A stretch of 64,000 nucleotides of DNA from Nemertoderma westbladi. Taxonomy: Eukaryota > Animalia > Xenacoelomorpha. Position 1 is the first letter of the stretch, and the number at the start of each line of letters is the position of its first letter. A program made the position numbers and the translations under genes. Below are positions 58,080-64,000 of this stretch, piece after piece. The stretch is from contig JAUCBJ010001302.1 in the NCBI GenBank assembly GCA_032718475.1, positions 1 through 64,000 on the forward strand, given 5' to 3'. Under the pieces are notes generated by a model. The model had not been told where the DNA came from, searched no databases, and worked only from the letters and a program-made list of their open reading frames with translations.

Positions 58080-59526
58080 ATGACGGAGTTGATAGAAGAT
58101 GATCTTGGTATTAGGGAGCGATATACCCTACCTTTACAAGCATTTGTGGATAGCTTGATACGCGGTGAAGCTGATCCAACCATTACGGAGGACGATGGTC
58201 GTTATATCGAACCGCCGATGTCCCAAGAGCAACTTGCGCGTGAATTGGACTATCGAAAATTCACCACTCGCTATACGAATCGTAACAGTACGTATATGGA
58301 CTTCCTAACTACCGGCCATCCTATCGATTTACATGATACGGACGATGTATACACCGAAAGGGAAATGGTTCTATTTAAATATCATACCCAGCGGAGTCGT
58401 AACGATAAACCGATAATAGATCACGAAAATTCTATTCGTAACAGACTGGGAAGACGAACCAATATGCCTAGAATCTGAGGAGATTCAGCCTATCGCGCCC
58501 GGAACAGCGACAACGATTACATCCTAGAATGGTATCAAGGTCCACAGTGTCTCACTGCGTACAATTATCGCCATGCCAACTATGTTCTCGGCAACGTTGT
58601 CGGTTATGCGCATCGAGAGACCATGTTACGCCCATGGACACAAACATCCGCTGTTCCTATTTCCACGAACAACCGGCAATGGAAATTTATTGCGCATATT
58701 GCAGACTCAATAACTTGCATATTTTTGCGGTTTGCCCTCAATTTATGACTCAATGTTACCATTGTCAACTAAAGAGATACGCCAGTTTCGATTGCCCTTT
58801 TAATCACGATTTGGAAAGCGTAGATGAAATGATCACACTACGTTACATCAGAGCTTGGGAAGCGAACACTGATTTACGTTGTGATTCGCGCCATCGCTAT
58901 TATCCTGGACGCGCTTACGAAGGAGTTTATGCATTCCATCCTTATCTATTCGCTTCTGTCGAACAGAAATCACGCATATCGAGTTACGAACTACTGAAGC
59001 GCGTCGGAGAATGTATTTCAACCAAATTCGTACGCAAATTTCTCAGGAGTGTTAATCCTAGCGACATTCATTCCTATAACTTAATCAATTTTATCCGTCA
59101 AGATCCGGGCTATGGAGACATATTTGTTAACTCACACCCGAGTTACAGGAAGTATATCGACGGCCTTACGAATACCGAGCCCGCGAACGCGAGTTGGAAA
59201 GAACCATTAAACCCAGGAAGTTTCTAACTGCCTATGGTCCACCTACGGCTCTCGTTCAGACCACTCGTAAAGGACCCGTAAGAGCGGCTATCCTAAAACG
59301 CGCTCTAAAGGCCGTTAGACCCCTCTTCTCCGACGTTGATGTCTTCCAACCCGGCACTTCGACCGGCGGATACACCGACCATAATCCTATACCCTCTGAT
59401 GCAATCATATTGCACCCTTCACCCAGGAGTTATAGCCCTCCTTGTAAAGTGGCTCGCCCCAAAGAGAAAAAGACTCTGGCTAGCTTTAAAAAACTGCGTA
59501 AACGCCGTCCGCGTAAGAAAGATTAA
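58080..59526 (+). pseudogene. Accessory ORF region of element 2 (three ORF pieces, zinc-knuckle cluster), probably one disrupted gene
   Basis: ORFs 58080-58478, 58529-59227 and 59194-59526. Contains CRLC....H..C, CAYC.....H....CP, CYHC....Y....CP and a basic C-terminus KKLRKRRPRKK. Confidence 0.6.
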
Positions 59527-59604
59527 CTGTTTAGAGTATTTACGTATATTAGAAACTGTGATTTTGTATATTTTATAGACTTAAATCCCATTTTCTGGGA
59601 GCGG

Positions 59605-60787
59605 TGTAAAAGCTTCTGTGGGATATAACTGGCCCTTTTGCTTTGCAATCCAGTTTCCCCCCAGGCGCTGGAATACTCTAAAAGGCTCACTAACTCGAAT
59701 GGTACAAGCGACCGGCTGATTGGCTGATTTGCTGTACGAGGGGTTCTTTGCTATGTTCTATCGGCCAACCAGAGCTATAGCAGCAGAGTATGCAACCAGG
59801 ACAACCGAGCGGAGTGACTCATTTTGTGTGCTGGCCAAGGGATGCAAAAATCCTGATAGTTCGGCATTTAGATATTCGTGGAACCTGTGGAATCTGGTGT
59901 TCTGCCAATGAGAGCTATTCCTCTCTGTGTAAAAGATACCTGCAACAGGGACAGAGGACAGTGTTGTTATTCCTCCTAGGCCAGGAACACCGGCTCTAGA
60001 ATCAATTCGTTTTCATACTTTAGAAGAAACATTAGTAGGCTTAAGATTATAGAGCGTATAACTGTTATCTTGTCACATCTTGTCATATCATATCTTAACC
60101 TACCGTCTTAATGCTATTTACTGTTGTGTTTTGGTTGAATATTATTTGGAGAACATTTATAAAGAACCCAAATTTCCCAATTTTCTTGATACACTACAGG
60201 TTAGAGAGACGGGTTATATATAGCGATTGCGACTTATATTATTGTGTATGTAGTGAATTTAATGCTATTTGATAAGCACTACATTGGTCCGTTGCTGTTC
60301 TCTCTATATATGATAAAATTCATTGACGGTCGGCAAATTAGTGAGCAGTATTGTGTGTTACCGGTAGTGTGCATGATTGTGACTGATAACTAAGCATTTC
60401 CTAAAGAATGCGCCTCATACGTGAATCATAAGCCTTACCGACTTGCCGTTGTGATTAGTATAAGTCATATCTCTGTTTACTTAGATAGAGCGCCACGTCC
60501 TAAAGGAACTGTTAATATTTCCCGAAAGTGAATAATATTAGTCAGAAATTATTTATTAACGATCAATCGAATAATACAGTAGGCTTCACTGCAATAATAA
60601 TCTAAGCCCTCAGAATCCAGCCCCCCGGGTATATCCAGCGGGTGAATGGACGCGCACTAGGCTGGCTTCTGCTAATGTTGTGTTTATTGGTATTAAATAT
60701 TTGTCATCTTCTAAAGTATATTTATAAACCAAAAGACATATAAATTTTGGCAGGTTAAACTGCTAAAGGTCTTCAAAAGCGCGTACA
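59605..60787 (+). repeat. 3' LTR of element 2
   Basis: Direct repeat of 48509-49691, followed by TSD AACAT. Confidence 0.97.
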
Positions 60788-62416
60788 AACATTCCCACCA
60801 AAACTGGCTGTCTGTTGTCTGGTTGATTAATCATTTGTTTGTTGTTTTCATTACGGGGGTTTTCCGGGTCGCTGATTTCAGGTTTGGTAGAATCTATTTG
60901 TCTTTCTTACAATTTGACGGACAGTCCGTCAACAGCAATAACTAGATAACTAAAAGAGATTTCGCTAAGCGGTTTTCAGATTTGAAATCCTCTTTAAATT
61001 CGGCTTTGGATTAAATAAAAATACAAATTTGAAATTTCAAATTTTCACATGGGGGGGGGGGGGGGGGGTACTCCGGCCTCAAACATTTAATTAACGGATT
61101 ATTGTTTATCTGTATTCGGAATGGCCGTCCCTACAGGAGACTCAAATATATTAGAGACGTCATTCCCAATGTATGGGAATTAACATTTTACTATATGTGA
61201 GAATTCCTCCCTAAATTAAGTGCATTCAAATAGATTATCTTCCCTAATATTCGGTAGTGGACCTAGGAAAATATCCCTGCTGTTTTAAGTTTTCACAAGA
61301 TAATTTAATGACGTTTTTTCTGAAAGAAAATGTAATTTGCTTAAATTGCGAACCACATGGTCCTAATGCGGGCCCCAGCATGGTGCATCCGATAACAAAA
61401 ATATGAAAATTTGAACTGATTTATAGATAGTAAGGAAATATGGATCATTTGTTTCTGCGAGGTAGTTTGCACCAGATGCACTATTGCCTATCGATATTTT
61501 GTAAAAATAAATCTCTAGTATAGTTGTGTGCCTGTTATAAGTCGGAATCTAGTCCCATTTAATCAATTTTATTAAGGAAAACTTCGACATAGAACCTTGT
61601 GCGGACAATAACTCATTGTGGAAATATGAGCGCACTTCCATTAATGTAATTATATTTTTTCGCTTTACACTCACTGTTGGTATGAAAGGTACGATATTTA
61701 CCCAACCTACGGGATGTCTCAACAGTGCATTATACTCCCAAGAATTGAAGGCGTAACCATCACTTATCCTGCTAAGTCATTTCTTTATATCACCAGCTAC
61801 GCCTCTTATTTGATACGTCACTTTATTCTGTTACCCATGCTGCAGTGGGAGGGTAATATAATTATATATTGTACTTAGAAAGATTTTTTAAAGGTAGGCT
61901 TGTTTGTTTACCGTTATCATTTAACAACATTTAAGTACTCCCGGCATAAAGATGCCTGAAAAAGGGCGTGTCCGTTGCGAATTGATCGGCTATTAATGTC
62001 ATTCGGTTAGCTAGCTGTTATTATTTATTTACTGTCTTTCATTCCAAAGCTGATTTAGCGTTGGGTACTGTAGTCCGTGTGTGGTGTGTTGACTGATGAT
62101 CATAGGTTACAGTTAATTTTTGATCTAATCAGCTGTTATTTCCGTCCATTTTCCCCTAGACGCTGGAGAGGGTTCCATTTTTATTGCTTAACGAATAATA
62201 ATAATAAATAAATAACCAATAATATATATAGTCCGTCATAAGTTTAGTTTAGAAAGAATCTGAAGTTTGGTCAAAAATGAGTTTGTCTGTCTGTCGGTAG
62301 TTTCAGATTTTTGAAAAATACCGAAACAGGTCAGTCAATTATTGATGAAATTAAACAAAACTTGGTAAAACATGTGGTCTGTCAAAGGTTTAGAAAGAGT
62401 CTGAAGTTTGATATAT

Positions 62417-63388
62417 ACCATGACCCGTAATATAGTGTCATTTTCTGATGACACGGACCCCCCCCCCCCCCCAAATTTTTCTACAAATCTTTATCATATT
62501 GCTTGAAATTTGAAACACAACTAGTTCAACTCACCGTGGTTGTTACCATGAAGCCGGGATTTTCGATTTCGCCTTTAAATTTTTTTTTTATTAGCGTTTA
62601 AAATAAGTGTATTTTGCTAAATCGCATCATTGCCATTCTCCACATTAGTCGTAATTTTTTCACATCAATAGAAAGCTTCCGTTGCAAGGATTCCAAATAT
62701 GTAACAATATCTGAATTTTGTTGAGAAACAGCTGAGAAATAGGCATTCAAAGATTGCAAGAATTATTGTTCGCTGCAGGCCATTTATTCTATTTAATAAA
62801 TACACAATATTCTGGAATGTGTTATTTATTTTATGAGTTGGAAGGCAACAGTGGTATGCCTAATAGGCATACCATACATTTGTTTATGTATTATTAGCTA
62901 CGCAATATAGATATTGTATAGGCATTGCCTATACAATATCTATATTGCGTAGCTAATAATACATAAACAAATTGTTCCAGAATATTGTGTATTTATTAAA
63001 TAGAATAAATGGCCTCTAGCGAACGATAATTCTTGCAATCTTCGAACGCCTATATCTCAGCTGTTTCTCAACGAAATTCAGATATTGTTACATATTTGGA
63101 ATCCTTGGAACACAAGCTTTTTAATGATATCTATAAAGCGAAGTTAATGTGAAGAATGGCGATGATTGGAGATGTGCAATTTCGCAAAAGACACTTTTTT
63201 AAAACGCTTATAAAAAAAATTTAAAGGCGAAATCGAAAATTCCGGCTTCATGGTAACAACCACGGTGAGTTGAACTAGTTGTGTTTCAAATTTCAAGATA
63301 ATAAGGATTTGTAGAAAAAAAATTTTTTTTTTTGGGGGGGGGTCCGTATCATCAGAAAATGACACTATATTACGGTACGGGTCATGGT
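62417..63388. mobile_element. Nearly fully palindromic foldback element of about 970 bp
   Basis: Arms start ACCATGACCCGTA and end TACGGGTCATGGT, pairing almost to the centre TGTATAGGCA-T-TGCCTATACA near 62925. Confidence 0.88.
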
Positions 63389-64000
63389 GTATTAGGATCA
63401 TTTCGGTTCATATCGTTCACACTTAAGGACTATTCGGCTGATACAAACATTATATCGATTATTCAATCGTTTGCGCGTACCAATATCATCGTATGTTACT
63501 GATACAAAACCGTGAAGCAAGTCGTAGGAGACAGTACAAGTCAAGTAAAAGCTTTTTGTTCTGTCTGATAATAAATTAGTGTGAGGGAGTCCCGGTGGTG
63601 TACGAGAAATTTTCTAGACAACTTCAAACTATAATTATGTTGTAATCATCTAATGAATTATAGAAGCTGTTGTGATTATAGACTTACAATTTGTGAAGTA
63701 CTAAGTTTGGTTTCATTTCTTAAAAATTCACCGACTTATTAACATTCGTACGTTTTCGACGACGACGGACGGTTAACGTTATAGCGGTTAATGGTCCCAG
63801 TACGCTAAGGCTTACCTGGACTTACGTGACCCGCCGACCGCCCCACAATTATAACCAATCCATTAATAATTATATACAAATGAAATTATGTAATAAAATA
63901 CACTGCATCAAATTATTCCCGATTAACGTTTTTTCAACATTTTGAAAAGCAACGACAAAGTTGATATAAATTAAACGTACGCACAGGGCAAGGTTGTTTT

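Larger units (their letters stand above)
48509..60787 (+). mobile_element. BEL/Pao LTR retrotransposon 2, internally deleted and non-autonomous
   Basis: Two 1183-bp TG..CA LTRs, TSD AACAT (48504-08 and 60788-92), gag-PR ORF, and purine-rich GGGAGCGG before the 3' LTR. Confidence 0.97.
47256..61078. mobile_element. Small TTAA-flanked TIR element (Kolobok-like termini) split by nested insertions
   Basis: Left TTAA|GGCCGGGGAAAC(n) and right G(n)TACTCCGGCC|TCAA. About 0.8 kb remains after removing the nested Penelope-like and BEL elements. Confidence 0.55.

Overview
Repeat-rich eukaryotic (probably invertebrate animal) genomic DNA. The host content is part of a + strand SLC30/ZnT2-clade zinc transporter gene: two clear exons at 43829-43960 and 44280-44426, plus two candidate N-terminal exons at 20076-20186 and 25261-25381. 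Two large BEL/Pao LTR retrotransposons dominate the window. Element 1 (- strand, 14519 to beyond base 1) has an intact 2826-aa Gag-Pol followed by a separate 667-aa ORF ending in a WRN/EXD-like DEDD 3'-5' exonuclease domain. Element 2 (+ strand, 48509-60787) has near-identical 1183-bp LTRs and an AACAT target-site duplication. It lost RT and most of RNase H and integrase through two in-frame deletions and carries a disrupted zinc-knuckle accessory ORF. It has no tRNA primer-binding site, but the 11 nt after its LTR are complementary to its own LTR (possible Tf1-like self-priming). Also present: a tRNA-shaped Pol III unit with a hammerhead ribozyme in place of the anticodon arm (19814-19909), an inverted Penelope-like fragment, a tRNA-SINE, Gypsy integrase relics, several foldback MITEs and several tandem arrays. 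All calls are by eye and no searches were run.
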